Below are positions 10,012-20,015 of a stretch of DNA of 64,000 bases, piece by piece. A program made the translations under genes and the position numbers. The first letter of the stretch is position 1. Every line of letters starts with the position of its first letter. The stretch lies in IMG/VR virus record IMGVR_UViG_3300035181_000357, positions 62,001-126,000 of that record. One strand, given 5' to 3'. Under the pieces are notes generated by a model. The model ran no database searches, was not told the DNA's origin, and saw only the letters and a program-made list of their open reading frames with translations.

Positions 10012-10440
10012 TTATATAGTTCTATCAGATAACGATGTAAGAGAAGCAGGAGTTAGTGCTCTCAACGTTACCATCGCAGCCTGAATTCTATTGCCTATCT
10101 GTGTAGTGTAGTAGGTAGCAGCATGAACAGGATCTGCTGTGACCACATCTAGTGGTCCTAATTGTGCGGCAGTTTGGCCAGGAGCGGCCTGTGGGATAGC
10201 TTGGAAGAATCTTATTGCTTTAGAGCTCATTTCAGTAGTAAGTTTTACATAATAATCACTTGCAGTGGTATTGAAAGTGAAACCACTATCTATGAAAGTT
10301 CCCCCCAAGTTGATGAGGGGATCTCCGTAAGCAGCGATTCTTCGTTGATCATCAGCATCTGTGATATCACCAACAAATTTAGCATTCAGTTGAACACTTA
10401 CGATACTATTTTGATGAGATACTACTGGATGAACTAGCAT
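10012..10440 (-). CDS. Hypothetical structural protein
   Basis: GGAG RBS, co-transcribed after sheath. Confidence 0.6.
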   Translation of the reverse strand: MLVHPVVSHQNSIVSVQLNAKFVGDITDADDQRRIAAYGDPLINLGGTFIDSGFTFNTTASDYYVKLTTEMSSKAIRFFQAIPQAAPGQTAAQLGPLDVVTADPVHAATYYTTQIGNRIQAAMVTLRALTPASLTSLSDRTI

Positions 10441-10450
10441 GATCTACTCC

Positions 10451-13400
10451 TTAAGCCTTTGTGGTAACTTTGAGGGTTACGTTGATGTACAGTAGAGAGA
10501 AGACAGGCTTGAAGGCTACTGTGACATCTAGGACAGTAGGATCAGACTCGTTACGAGTAACTTGTAGACCCTTATAGGCTTCAATAATTTCTTGTTGAAC
10601 GAAGTTCTTCATGACAGAGTTCATCACGATCGTAACATCATTAACAAGAGCTCCGAGGTTCTTTCTTCCGATGAATTGATTGAGTTCCTTGCGGATCTTC
10701 TGTCTTACTTCATCAGAGATTGAGGTATTGGTTGGTTCCTGCGTGATAGGATTGCTCATATCAGTGGTTAGGTAGTGGCGAACAGTGAAGGCACCATTAT
10801 CCTCTATCAATACAGAGACTCCATCAGTTGCGATCTGATCCATGGTTGGATCGTCATATCTCTGGAGGAGACGCTCGAATCCGACCATCTTCTTACGAGT
10901 AAGAGTGGTAGCAGAATCGATTGCTGGATTGCCCTTCATACCTGCCATTGCAGCAGCTAGGAACTCACCACCAACAGCGTACTCAGAAGACTTACCATCA
11001 ACTTCTAGGCTGATGATTGCACCTGCTGGATATACAGCGACGACACGCTCTGACTTGATACTTTGAGCTCTTGATCTTGCATCTACTGGAGAAGTTCCAG
11101 TGCTGAAGCCTACAAAGCCCATAGCCTCTCCCTTATTACGAGGAGCAGCTTGTGTATTGAGGTGCTTGGCTAAGAATTGTTGAACACTCTTCTCAGTGTT
11201 TAAAGGCACAATAACAGAAGCCTTTGTGGTTCCACCAGTGATTGGACGAGCTAGAGAAGCAATACCATCGATGAAAGTCTGGTTAGATGCAATTGCTGAA
11301 CCAACTTGCTTCTTGAGCTGCATGCATCCGAGAGTGGTTGTACCATTCAGGACAGCAAGGCGAGCAGCGAGGGATAGCTTGTTTTCTACAGTAGGATTAC
11401 CATAAGCAGCATATACATCAGACAGGTTCGTGAAGATCTTTAACTCATAATCCTTATCGGTCTTTGCAGTCTTGAAGGATACATAGTAGAACTCACCAAC
11501 AGTTGGTTCTGCACCAGCCTTATTATAGGTGTTGATGAAGAGGTAATCATTTGCAGCCATTCCAAAGGTGGTCGATACCTTGGTACGGATACCAGGGATT
11601 GCAACAACTGGAACAGTAGAAGTGACATAGTGGACGCTCTTGCTTACGACGAATACTAGAGTGTCACCAGGAGCATAACGATAAGAGATTGGAGCGGTTA
11701 GACCATAGTCAGCAATGTTTGAGGCATTTGGATCCACGATCGTGACAGAGAATCCAGTGACAGAGTCGTTGTAAGTCTGACCGAGGTACCCGATACCAGC
11801 AGATCCACCAGTTACTAGGTTGGAAGATACAGTGTACTTGCTGCTGAATGCAGTATTTACATCAGGAGTACCACCAGCGAAGTTCAACTTAGCAGAAGTA
11901 GTAGCATTAGTAGAACCAGTACCAGTTAGTGTAGCAGTGATTAGTCCACCAGCAGTGGTTACTAGAGCACCAGCACCTAATGCAGCGTTTGCAGTGAAGA
12001 GGGCTACGATCTGGGTAAGGGTTCTTACAGTACCAGCACCATCAGTGATCTCTACAGAGACATCGTTACCAACGATAGTTAATGCAGCTGCATCTAATGT
12101 ATTTCCAGTGTTCTTGAACTGGATGGATACTGGAGTTACAGCAGAATCAAACTTATTGAATGTTCTGAAAGTGATACCAGTCTGAGCAGTAGTGTTAGTT
12201 GCCTGAGTTCCAGGAGTCTGAAGATAGCTCTCTCCAGTTGTAGCGAAGGTTAAGGTTACGACCTCTTCCTCGGCACCAGCAACAATCTTGGCATCAGAGA
12301 AAGTATTAGGCCACAGAATACCACCAGAGGAGGTGAAGACTGGGTCAGCTACAGTGTGAGTAGATTGATTGACAGTTGGGATCTGAAGATCGTTCTTATC
12401 CCAGATAGAGTAAGAACCCTGTCCGGTTACGCCAGGAACTTGTACCTTGACCTTGAACTTGTTATCAGCAAGACGAGACTTGAAGTATGTTACATAGACA
12501 CTTCCAGTTGCAGGAGGATTGAAGAGAGTTACTCTCTTATTTGCTCCATCAACTGAAGAGATGGTTACAGGAACTAGAGCAGCAGTTGGAGTAGCTCTGG
12601 TGTAGGCTTTTACATAAGCAGGATTATCGGTTACTCTTGATAGACCAGATCCAGTAGTAGGAGCATCCTTAAGAGTAAATACGTTGTTGATTCCATTCAC
12701 TGAACCAGTTGCTAACTCAAGGTAGACCTTATCATCCACGAGAGTGGCGATGATGTGAGAAGCATCGAAGGCGGTGAATCCACTAGATTGTAGACCAGCA
12801 GAAGCTGATACGGAAGCTCCCCACTGAATTTTATCACCCTCTAGGACATAGTCGATAGTGTTGATGAAGTCATCTCTATCAGGGGAGAATCCACACTTTA
12901 AGATCTCAGTAATATTTTCAGCAGGTAGGAAGTCGAAAGTATCCTGATAGGTGTTGGTGAAATAGGTAGTTAGTAAGGTCGAACCAAAAGCTACATCCCC
13001 ATTTAGAGTTATTAAACCATTTAAACCATCTACTGACGTAACACCAACGGCAGAACCGTTAACAGTTACTTTGACGTGAGCAGGGAGGTTGGTTACAACA
13101 CCACCGTTTGAACCATCTACGATAGGTAGGTTCTTGACCTTGAAGACCTTGCTAGTGCTCTGGCCTTCTCCACCAACGAATGGTGCAGAAGTAGCAGCGA
13201 CAGCAGCAGAACCACCACTAAGAGTGGCAGTTACCTGGATCAAACCACCAGAGGCAGTGATGATTCCAGTGTTGATTAAGGTAGCGAGTTCAGCGATAGT
13301 TCTATGAACAGGAACGGCAACGGTTCCCTTGACTAATTCGATTGAGATAACATCTGTACCCTGCCCACTGATGGCTAGAGTGTCAGATTTAGGAGCACCG

Positions 13401-13981
13401 AGGGTCTCAGTGAAAGCTACGGTAACATTATTCCCTGCGAAGCCTGGCTTCTCTAACTTGAGAGACAGGTTACCAGCCTGGGCTACTAGGGTTGCAAACT
13501 TAGGAATCTGGACGCTGAGATCTTCATCAGTTACTAAGTCATCACTTCTTTTGAAGAAGTAACTAGTTCTTAGATCAGAACCAGGGAGGAGAATAACATC
13601 GATTAGGAATTTTCCTGTGGCGCCATCTAAGGTCGAGACACTAATAGGATTCCCATCAACGGTTACAGAGATATCAGTTGGTGTGTTTGTAGTAGTTCCA
13701 CGACCATCCCCATTAACAATTGGGAAGTAGGCAACCTGGAATTCTCGCTTAACACCATCGACTTGGTCACTTAGATTTTCTAAGACCTTTCTGTCGTCTG
13801 ATGAAGAACTAGAACCTCTGTGGAGTTCCGCATTATTAGAGGTTTTAAATTCTTCTCCTTCTCCGAGAAGGACAGTGATACGAGCATCTCCGAAGAGTGA
13901 AGTACCAGCATCTTCGGTAGTAAGAGTAGTGTAGACACCGGGTTGGGCGTATTGATCAAAAAGAGCCATGCTTTTCTCCAT
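10451..13981 (-). CDS. Tail sheath protein with large repeated insertion domains
   Basis: N-terminal YAQPGVYT; C-terminal sheath signature (FLAAAMAG, FTVRHYLTT, FIGRKN, VTVAFKPVFSLLYINVT). Confidence 0.9.
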   Translation of the reverse strand: MEKSMALFDQYAQPGVYTTLTTEDAGTSLFGDARITVLLGEGEEFKTSNNAELHRGSSSSSDDRKVLENLSDQVDGVKREFQVAYFPIVNGDGRGTTTNTPTDISVTVDGNPISVSTLDGATGKFLIDVILLPGSDLRTSYFFKRSDDLVTDEDLSVQIPKFATLVAQAGNLSLKLEKPGFAGNNVTVAFTETLGAPKSDTLAISGQGTDVISIELVKGTVAVPVHRTIAELATLINTGIITASGGLIQVTATLSGGSAAVAATSAPFVGGEGQSTSKVFKVKNLPIVDGSNGGVVTNLPAHVKVTVNGSAVGVTSVDGLNGLITLNGDVAFGSTLLTTYFTNTYQDTFDFLPAENITEILKCGFSPDRDDFINTIDYVLEGDKIQWGASVSASAGLQSSGFTAFDASHIIATLVDDKVYLELATGSVNGINNVFTLKDAPTTGSGLSRVTDNPAYVKAYTRATPTAALVPVTISSVDGANKRVTLFNPPATGSVYVTYFKSRLADNKFKVKVQVPGVTGQGSYSIWDKNDLQIPTVNQSTHTVADPVFTSSGGILWPNTFSDAKIVAGAEEEVVTLTFATTGESYLQTPGTQATNTTAQTGITFRTFNKFDSAVTPVSIQFKNTGNTLDAAALTIVGNDVSVEITDGAGTVRTLTQIVALFTANAALGAGALVTTAGGLITATLTGTGSTNATTSAKLNFAGGTPDVNTAFSSKYTVSSNLVTGGSAGIGYLGQTYNDSVTGFSVTIVDPNASNIADYGLTAPISYRYAPGDTLVFVVSKSVHYVTSTVPVVAIPGIRTKVSTTFGMAANDYLFINTYNKAGAEPTVGEFYYVSFKTAKTDKDYELKIFTNLSDVYAAYGNPTVENKLSLAARLAVLNGTTTLGCMQLKKQVGSAIASNQTFIDGIASLARPITGGTTKASVIVPLNTEKSVQQFLAKHLNTQAAPRNKGEAMGFVGFSTGTSPVDARSRAQSIKSERVVAVYPAGAIISLEVDGKSSEYAVGGEFLAAAMAGMKGNPAIDSATTLTRKKMVGFERLLQRYDDPTMDQIATDGVSVLIEDNGAFTVRHYLTTDMSNPITQEPTNTSISDEVRQKIRKELNQFIGRKNLGALVNDVTIVMNSVMKNFVQQEIIEAYKGLQVTRNESDPTVLDVTVAFKPVFSLLYINVTLKVTTKA

Positions 13982-14066
13982 TTTCAGTTATACAACTAAG
14001 GTATATGAAATTCTAATCCTTCACTATAGATAAGGCGAAGTCATTATCTATCTGTTGTTGACCAAA

Positions 14067-14492
14067 TCAATCAACTGAAGATAACCAAGATCTAGACGCT
14101 TCTTTCCCTGGTTTAATTTTCTGGCCATCCTCTAAAGATTTAGAAACCTCGACTCTAGTTTCTAAATTTTCTTTTGTTACAGGTGCAAATTCTCCACGAG
14201 AAAGTTCAGATAACCCAACACTTCCAGTTTCCTTCCTGACTACATCTCTAGATGCTTGTCTATTATGGATATCCTGCCATCTGGCATCAGCATCTTTTCC
14301 TATGACATTATCGATTGGAGAATTATCCATTGAAGATCGGGACAATGAAACGCTGGTTGGGATAGATAACCTGTTTGCTCTAGTCTCTCCACATCTGGGG
14401 CAATTTAGAACCTCTGCAGATTTCTCTAAGCTGGGGTATATTTTCTCTATAAGAACGTTGCATTCCTTACAGGAATATTCAAAGATTGGCAT
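14067..14492 (-). CDS. FmdB-like zinc-ribbon protein
   Basis: MPIFEYSCKEC...CPRCG. Confidence 0.8.
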   Translation of the reverse strand: MPIFEYSCKECNVLIEKIYPSLEKSAEVLNCPRCGETRANRLSIPTSVSLSRSSMDNSPIDNVIGKDADARWQDIHNRQASRDVVRKETGSVGLSELSRGEFAPVTKENLETRVEVSKSLEDGQKIKPGKEASRSWLSSVD

Positions 14493-14504
14493 ATGTCACC
14501 TTAA

Positions 14505-16055
14505 TTAATAATATGATGTTAAGAATCTCGAACTACCATATGTAGTCCCAATAGGGTTGATACTAACCCTTTTATTGGGATATGAGTAATCAAAAGAGAC
14601 ATTTTCGATATCTATCGTGTCCAGTCTGGTGACAAGAGGCTTCTTGACTTCCCAGTCGGCTGCAGCAGAGATTGAGAGAGTTACAGTCTGGGTGGATAAA
14701 ATACCAGAACCATCCTTTTCTTCAGAATTCGTAGATCTAGAAGCTTCATATATTGTAAGACCACAGGTCTCCATCCTCTCTCGTCCAGAGACGAGGAGGT
14801 ACTCTTTTATCAGACCTGCTATCTCACTAGAAGTTCTCATATCATTAGTTCGAATATCAATGTCAAACCTAATATTCTCTTTTGAACCATAAATCTCATA
14901 AGTCTCGTTGACATATGGATATACAATCATAGCAGATTGATCACCTACTACAGTTTTGTCACCGATCACAACCATGATACCTGGTAGAAAATTAACATTG
15001 AGAGCATTCTTAGTTGCTTTTATCTCAAACTGGCCTAGATCTACTCTACACTCCCAGGACATATTATCTCCTGGTTGGAGTAGAGGATTTAAATACCATC
15101 TACCATCCAAGCCTGTTACTAGATCTGAATATGTGTAAGTTTTCCCACTGGCTACTGCTTTAAACTGTTCAGTCTGGATCGTTTGACCAGGAACCAGTTC
15201 AAAATTTATAGAATTCTCGGATGCTATATAACCAGCAGCATTAGGATCTCGCTTGAAAGTTCCCACCATTCTTAACTTTTGATTAGCTGGAGTCCAATTT
15301 GACAAAACAATATCACTTCCAGATATTCGATAATCTAGATCTCGCCTTAGGATATAATCGTCTTGATCAACAACTTCGAACTGAATATAACTTGTATCTG
15401 GTAGTTTTAGTACTTGAACGCCTGATACCGTAGCTTCTGTGATCGTTGGTTCTTCGTGAAGTTCTACCCAATAATCTATTAAAGGAATTAAATTTGAATC
15501 ATTACTTATCTTGTATAACGAAACGATGTCTTTATATACATTTATATAAATTCTATCATTTGCCACACAATACTCTCCAGCATTCATATTTCGAACACCG
15601 ACATCTGTGGATGGGATAGCTGCATTTAGTTTTATGAATGTACCAACTGCATTAGTTACTTTTCCGTAGACCCATTTCATCTTTTCACATGTGATGACGA
15701 CAGAGCGATTGGCCTCATCCACTGAATCTAGATTAAAGTAGTAGATGCCAGATTCTGGATCTTTAAGAGTTTTGTCAATCTCCTGGATATGTTCTATGAA
15801 TAGACCATCTTTATCTTCTAGCTTTGCAGCTACCACCCTACCTTGTTGTGTCGCCATATAATGATCTGAGGACAGGCGATTACCATCTGAGGTTGGGTTC
15901 TTTATGATTATTTCCAAGTCGTTGTAACGCATCATAGTAGCGAAATATGAGCCTATTTCTCCACCTAGCTCCCTAAATCTTGGGTGCTTTGCTACTACGC
16001 TCCTCAATTCCCTGATTAAGAAGGAATCGAGGTTGATATCGGTAAGCTCAACCAC
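14505..16055 (-). CDS. Neck/tail-completion-like structural protein
   Basis: Upstream of sheath; C-terminal IRFDIDIRTND...EIAGLIKEYL resembles tail-terminator folds. Confidence 0.45.
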   Translation of the reverse strand: MVELTDINLDSFLIRELRSVVAKHPRFRELGGEIGSYFATMMRYNDLEIIIKNPTSDGNRLSSDHYMATQQGRVVAAKLEDKDGLFIEHIQEIDKTLKDPESGIYYFNLDSVDEANRSVVITCEKMKWVYGKVTNAVGTFIKLNAAIPSTDVGVRNMNAGEYCVANDRIYINVYKDIVSLYKISNDSNLIPLIDYWVELHEEPTITEATVSGVQVLKLPDTSYIQFEVVDQDDYILRRDLDYRISGSDIVLSNWTPANQKLRMVGTFKRDPNAAGYIASENSINFELVPGQTIQTEQFKAVASGKTYTYSDLVTGLDGRWYLNPLLQPGDNMSWECRVDLGQFEIKATKNALNVNFLPGIMVVIGDKTVVGDQSAMIVYPYVNETYEIYGSKENIRFDIDIRTNDMRTSSEIAGLIKEYLLVSGRERMETCGLTIYEASRSTNSEEKDGSGILSTQTVTLSISAAADWEVKKPLVTRLDTIDIENVSFDYSYPNKRVSINPIGTTYGSSRFLTSYY

Positions 16056-16067
16056 TTGGTTACTCCT

Positions 16068-16418
16068 TTACTCCGTTGGAGCAAGCGCAGGAACAACCTG
16101 AATGACTGGGTAAACCCACATGTCGATGGTCTCTCTGATCCTCTGCTGAGGAATAGTGGCCTCTTCTCTGGGATACCATACGTTTCTAATTCGGCACAAT
16201 CCTGCACCCTCAGCAGGTAATGATTCTACTTGCCAGCTACTACCATCTTTAGCCTGGAATATTGCACCAGGTACGAAATATGTATAAAAAGCGTGATCAC
16301 CACCAACTGGAGACATAGAATCTGGGGAATTTGCGTCAGGCTTTGAAGGGCCTAGAGTTAACTCTACTGGCTCTAAACCAGCGACAGATACAAGCGATGC
16401 TAATAGATTCTTTTTCAT
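16068..16418 (-). CDS. Hypothetical protein
   Basis: GAGG RBS, upstream ACTT motif. Confidence 0.6.
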   Translation of the reverse strand: MKKNLLASLVSVAGLEPVELTLGPSKPDANSPDSMSPVGGDHAFYTYFVPGAIFQAKDGSSWQVESLPAEGAGLCRIRNVWYPREEATIPQQRIRETIDMWVYPVIQVVPALAPTE

Positions 16419-16448
16419 TTAGATGTCCTCATAATATAAGGTAGAAGT

Positions 16449-16721
16449 TTACACACTTGGGAGAACAACCGGAGTTTCTGTAGCCTCGATATCGAAGTCC
16501 TCGACGAAATTGAGTAATGTCTCTCTGATTTGACCATCTAGGATCAGAGGTTGAAGCTGCCCATACCTGTCAACAGGGGTGGAGTACATGTAACAATGGA
16601 GTGTTGTCCCTGTGTCAACGATATGAGAGATAGATGACATATTGATATAAACATTATTGCCATTCTTATCTTTACCTAAGTCAACCAGGTGGGGCATCAT
16701 CCCGATAAACGCATTAGCCAT
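16449..16721 (-). CDS. Hypothetical protein
   Basis: AGGAG RBS, 90 aa. Confidence 0.6.
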   Translation of the reverse strand: MANAFIGMMPHLVDLGKDKNGNNVYINMSSISHIVDTGTTLHCYMYSTPVDRYGQLQPLILDGQIRETLLNFVEDFDIEATETPVVLPSV

Positions 16722-16722
16722 T

Positions 16723-18927
16723 CTATCTCCTAGATTTTATCAATTTCGATTTTCTATTAAATTTCTGTTCATCTTTATTTATATGATTCTTAATCAGGGC
16801 CATGAAATCGCTAAATATCTCAGGATCTTGATATCTGTAGGACAGATAGCTGTTAAAGGCAGCTGAGTTATTAGATAGCTCTATATACTTAGATTTTTCT
16901 ATCAATTCTAGAATATCTTCATCTGTGTACCCAACATTTCTCAATTCAGATACGGCCTCACGAGCATAGGCATGCATCTCTTCCGGAAGTTCGAAGTAGT
17001 AACCCTCATTACGGGCCTCTAAGTATTCTTCATCCAAAAGAGTCTTACCTTCATCATGATCCTTCTGATGTTGAAGTTCATGAGATAGGTATTCCTCCAC
17101 CCCATCCTGGAACTGATTCCATCCTTCGAAAGTAGACAGTTTCCCTCTCTTAGTTGGATCTATATATAATATGACCCACCTGTTCTTTACCTGAATCTTT
17201 GCACTATCTAAGAATCCTTTATTTGGACCAGTATGTGCTTTCCTGACCTCTAACTTGGATATACCAACAACAGGCTTCATCCCTTGTAAAATTGCGTTAA
17301 GATCCTTCATAAACTCTATATTGGATTTCTTAGATGCTCTTACGATCTGATTCTTGACCTTGGCAAGGAAGATATGAATATCTTCTGCGAAAGAGGCTAT
17401 CTTTACCTTTGTGATACCTTTATCTCCACCAGCACTAAATTCAGCATCTTTTATCTTGAGATCCTTATCCTTAAACAAGTCTGGGAATTTCTTTATATAT
17501 TTATCAGCTAACCCTGGTTTTAGATATGCAATAGTTAGATGTGGACTATACTTTGGAAATTTGCTGACATTATCTGGATAAAGTTCTTTCAGTGTCTTTT
17601 CTGTATCTACTAGTTCCTTAGATTTCTCTATCTTTATAATCAGGACGTCCCTGCCATCATTTTCAAACTTATTCAGACCCTCTAAAGTTACTGTCTTTAA
17701 CCCAGATTCTTTAACTGCTTTTTCGAGGCGTCCATCATCTTCCTTTTCAAGAATGCCATACAAGAGAGTGATATGAGTCTGGTCTTCCACACCCTCTTCA
17801 TCCAAATCTTCTTTATCTATATTAGCTTTAATGAAATCTTGAATAGACTTAGTTATATCATCGTCTAATGTCAACTGTGTATTGGAATACTTATACTCTA
17901 CACCTTTCTTTGCTGTCTTAACACTTTTACCTGTCACTTCTCGAGCTCCATACTTTTCTTTAAAAGTCTTCAATTCATCTCGATCTATCGTAACAGCTAT
18001 CTCAGTCTCACCCATATCTCGTAACACAGCCCAACGATGACGACCATCTCCAAACATGATATTCTTACTAGGAGTCAATCCAAGATTAGGAGGATCAATA
18101 GGAGTTTCAGGGTAATCTACCAGCCACTGTTTAAATTTCTGATATCTAGTACCGATAGCAGCACCAGATCCATTCTCTCCTACATAGAAATTCTCATCTT
18201 TTGAATAAGAGGCTTCCACTTTCTTGACATCTACTATAACCCGGATCTCATCTCTGCGGGGGATTCTTGGTTGATATGTTTGAGAACTCATCTTAGTAAG
18301 GGCTTCAGATACCAGCTTCAGGAACTGTTTTTGTACTTTAGGAGATGCTTCATTAATGTAGTGATTCATCCCGTTATCAATTTTTGCAATCTCAGATCTA
18401 TTCAACATACTGTTGATATCTCTACCATCTCCCATAGCTTTATCACGAAGGATCTTTGCAACTTCATAAGCATGGGCAGCTATTTCCTGAGTGTCTTTAT
18501 AATAATCAGCTTCTGATCCTTTATCCTTTGGTGTTCTTGCGACAGTTTCTAGATCCAACCATGAGTATTTATATCTATCCACTAGGGGTTTATTAGCCAG
18601 CGCTACATTAGCCATCTGTCCAATATGTACAATCTCGTGATATATAGTCTTTCTAAGGTTTTCACCCTCTAACTCATCTTTTATCTCTATGATATATCTA
18701 AAGACTCTTTCTTTACCACCAGTTGCAAAAGCACGGGCAACACCTGCGTAGTCTATCCCTTTTATGAATTCTACTTTTGATCCTTTATCAACAACGTAGT
18801 CTTGCTCTGCCATCATTTCTTTCAGATTCTTATCTATAGAGTCTCTAATCATCTTTGGGTTTGAATAGTCACTAATAGTATTTATGACTCTGTTAGTAAA
18901 TTTATTAGTCCTGTCTGCTAGTCTCAT
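16723..18927 (-). CDS. Polyvalent protein: HExxH zincin, ParB/Srx-like, 2H phosphoesterase (Acb1/2'-5' RNA ligase-like), second HExxH zincin
   Basis: YHEIVH...EIAAHA; FGDGRHRWAVL; THITLLYG and SPHLTIAY; SHELQH...EMHAYA. Confidence 0.75.
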   Translation of the reverse strand: MRLADRTNKFTNRVINTISDYSNPKMIRDSIDKNLKEMMAEQDYVVDKGSKVEFIKGIDYAGVARAFATGGKERVFRYIIEIKDELEGENLRKTIYHEIVHIGQMANVALANKPLVDRYKYSWLDLETVARTPKDKGSEADYYKDTQEIAAHAYEVAKILRDKAMGDGRDINSMLNRSEIAKIDNGMNHYINEASPKVQKQFLKLVSEALTKMSSQTYQPRIPRRDEIRVIVDVKKVEASYSKDENFYVGENGSGAAIGTRYQKFKQWLVDYPETPIDPPNLGLTPSKNIMFGDGRHRWAVLRDMGETEIAVTIDRDELKTFKEKYGAREVTGKSVKTAKKGVEYKYSNTQLTLDDDITKSIQDFIKANIDKEDLDEEGVEDQTHITLLYGILEKEDDGRLEKAVKESGLKTVTLEGLNKFENDGRDVLIIKIEKSKELVDTEKTLKELYPDNVSKFPKYSPHLTIAYLKPGLADKYIKKFPDLFKDKDLKIKDAEFSAGGDKGITKVKIASFAEDIHIFLAKVKNQIVRASKKSNIEFMKDLNAILQGMKPVVGISKLEVRKAHTGPNKGFLDSAKIQVKNRWVILYIDPTKRGKLSTFEGWNQFQDGVEEYLSHELQHQKDHDEGKTLLDEEYLEARNEGYYFELPEEMHAYAREAVSELRNVGYTDEDILELIEKSKYIELSNNSAAFNSYLSYRYQDPEIFSDFMALIKNHINKDEQKFNRKSKLIKSRR

Positions 18928-18979
18928 TTATTCACCTAAATTAGATTTCAAAAATCTATTTATCACCAGACATCTAGTT

Positions 18980-19303
18980 TCATCCAATCAGCTTATTTAT
19001 GTCTACCATGAAATTTTTATTGTTCTTTAAAGTGGTTAATTCATCTCGCAGATCATGAATTTCTTTAGATTTCTTATCATTATCATGTATAGCTGCTTCA
19101 TATATAGCCACGATCTCTTTGTAATTATGATCTAACAGTTCCAGGGCAAACATCAGATCGTCTTTCTTCTTTCCCTGCTTATCTAATTCAACAGATATAT
19201 AATCTAGCAGACAATATATACAAGCCTCATGTCCTTTATAAAACATCTGCTCGTCTAGGACACGCCTCGTACATGTCTTACATATAGCTACCTTGGAGTA
19301 CAT
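18980..19303 (-). CDS. Zinc-finger/coiled-coil hypothetical protein
   Basis: CKTC...CIYC then heptad-rich helix. Confidence 0.6.
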   Translation of the reverse strand: MYSKVAICKTCTRRVLDEQMFYKGHEACIYCLLDYISVELDKQGKKKDDLMFALELLDHNYKEIVAIYEAAIHDNDKKSKEIHDLRDELTTLKNNKNFMVDINKLIG

Positions 19304-19306
19304 ATA

Positions 19307-20011
19307 TTAACTTAATGCCAGGTACTTCGATACAGTGAGGAGTTTTTGAGTCATCCATAATTTGAAGAATTCACCGAACGAATTAACTTGGTATGTAGTA
19401 GTTACAGGTTGATTCCATACTTCAGTGGCAATGTCCTGTTTATCTGCAGGGGATATTGGGTATGTGGTTGGTAACTGTGTATTCTGTATAGTATCCAACT
19501 TCGCACCAGCTGTACCAACAGTTCCGAATTGAGCCAGAATTGCATTCCAGACGGCCTGAGCATTCTGTTCTGCAGTAGGAGCTGAAGAGGCTACAGGCAT
19601 AACGATAGATTCTGCCTTTACGGGGACGATTCGGGTAACAGAGATATTCCAATCGGCTACTGTAGGTACTAACGGGTCTTGATTATCATCCGTTAGAATA
19701 ATCCCAGTTATAGTTAATTTATGGTTACCTTCAAAGGGGCGAATTCTCCAACCATTCGTTAAGAAATAATAAGGAGTAATGACGTTTGTTGCATCAATAG
19801 GATCCCCACCGATAACTTTTAAGGCTTGGGGAAACTTCATATTATCTATTTGTTCAACCCAGCGTTTCCAGGCTGAATAGATATCTCTTTGAACATCTAT
19901 AACAGTCTCTCCATAGTTAATCAAGATGAGTTTGTTAGTCCCATCAAAAGTAACCTTAATGGGGTCTAACCACGCATCCCAAAATCCGTAGTTGACCGAT
20001 GATAGACTCAT
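19307..20011 (-). CDS. Structural protein of fibre/appendage cluster
   Basis: KVTFDGTNKLI...DIYSAWKRW; operon context. Confidence 0.5.
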   Translation of the reverse strand: MSLSSVNYGFWDAWLDPIKVTFDGTNKLILINYGETVIDVQRDIYSAWKRWVEQIDNMKFPQALKVIGGDPIDATNVITPYYFLTNGWRIRPFEGNHKLTITGIILTDDNQDPLVPTVADWNISVTRIVPVKAESIVMPVASSAPTAEQNAQAVWNAILAQFGTVGTAGAKLDTIQNTQLPTTYPISPADKQDIATEVWNQPVTTTYQVNSFGEFFKLWMTQKLLTVSKYLALS

Positions 20012-20015
20012 TAGC

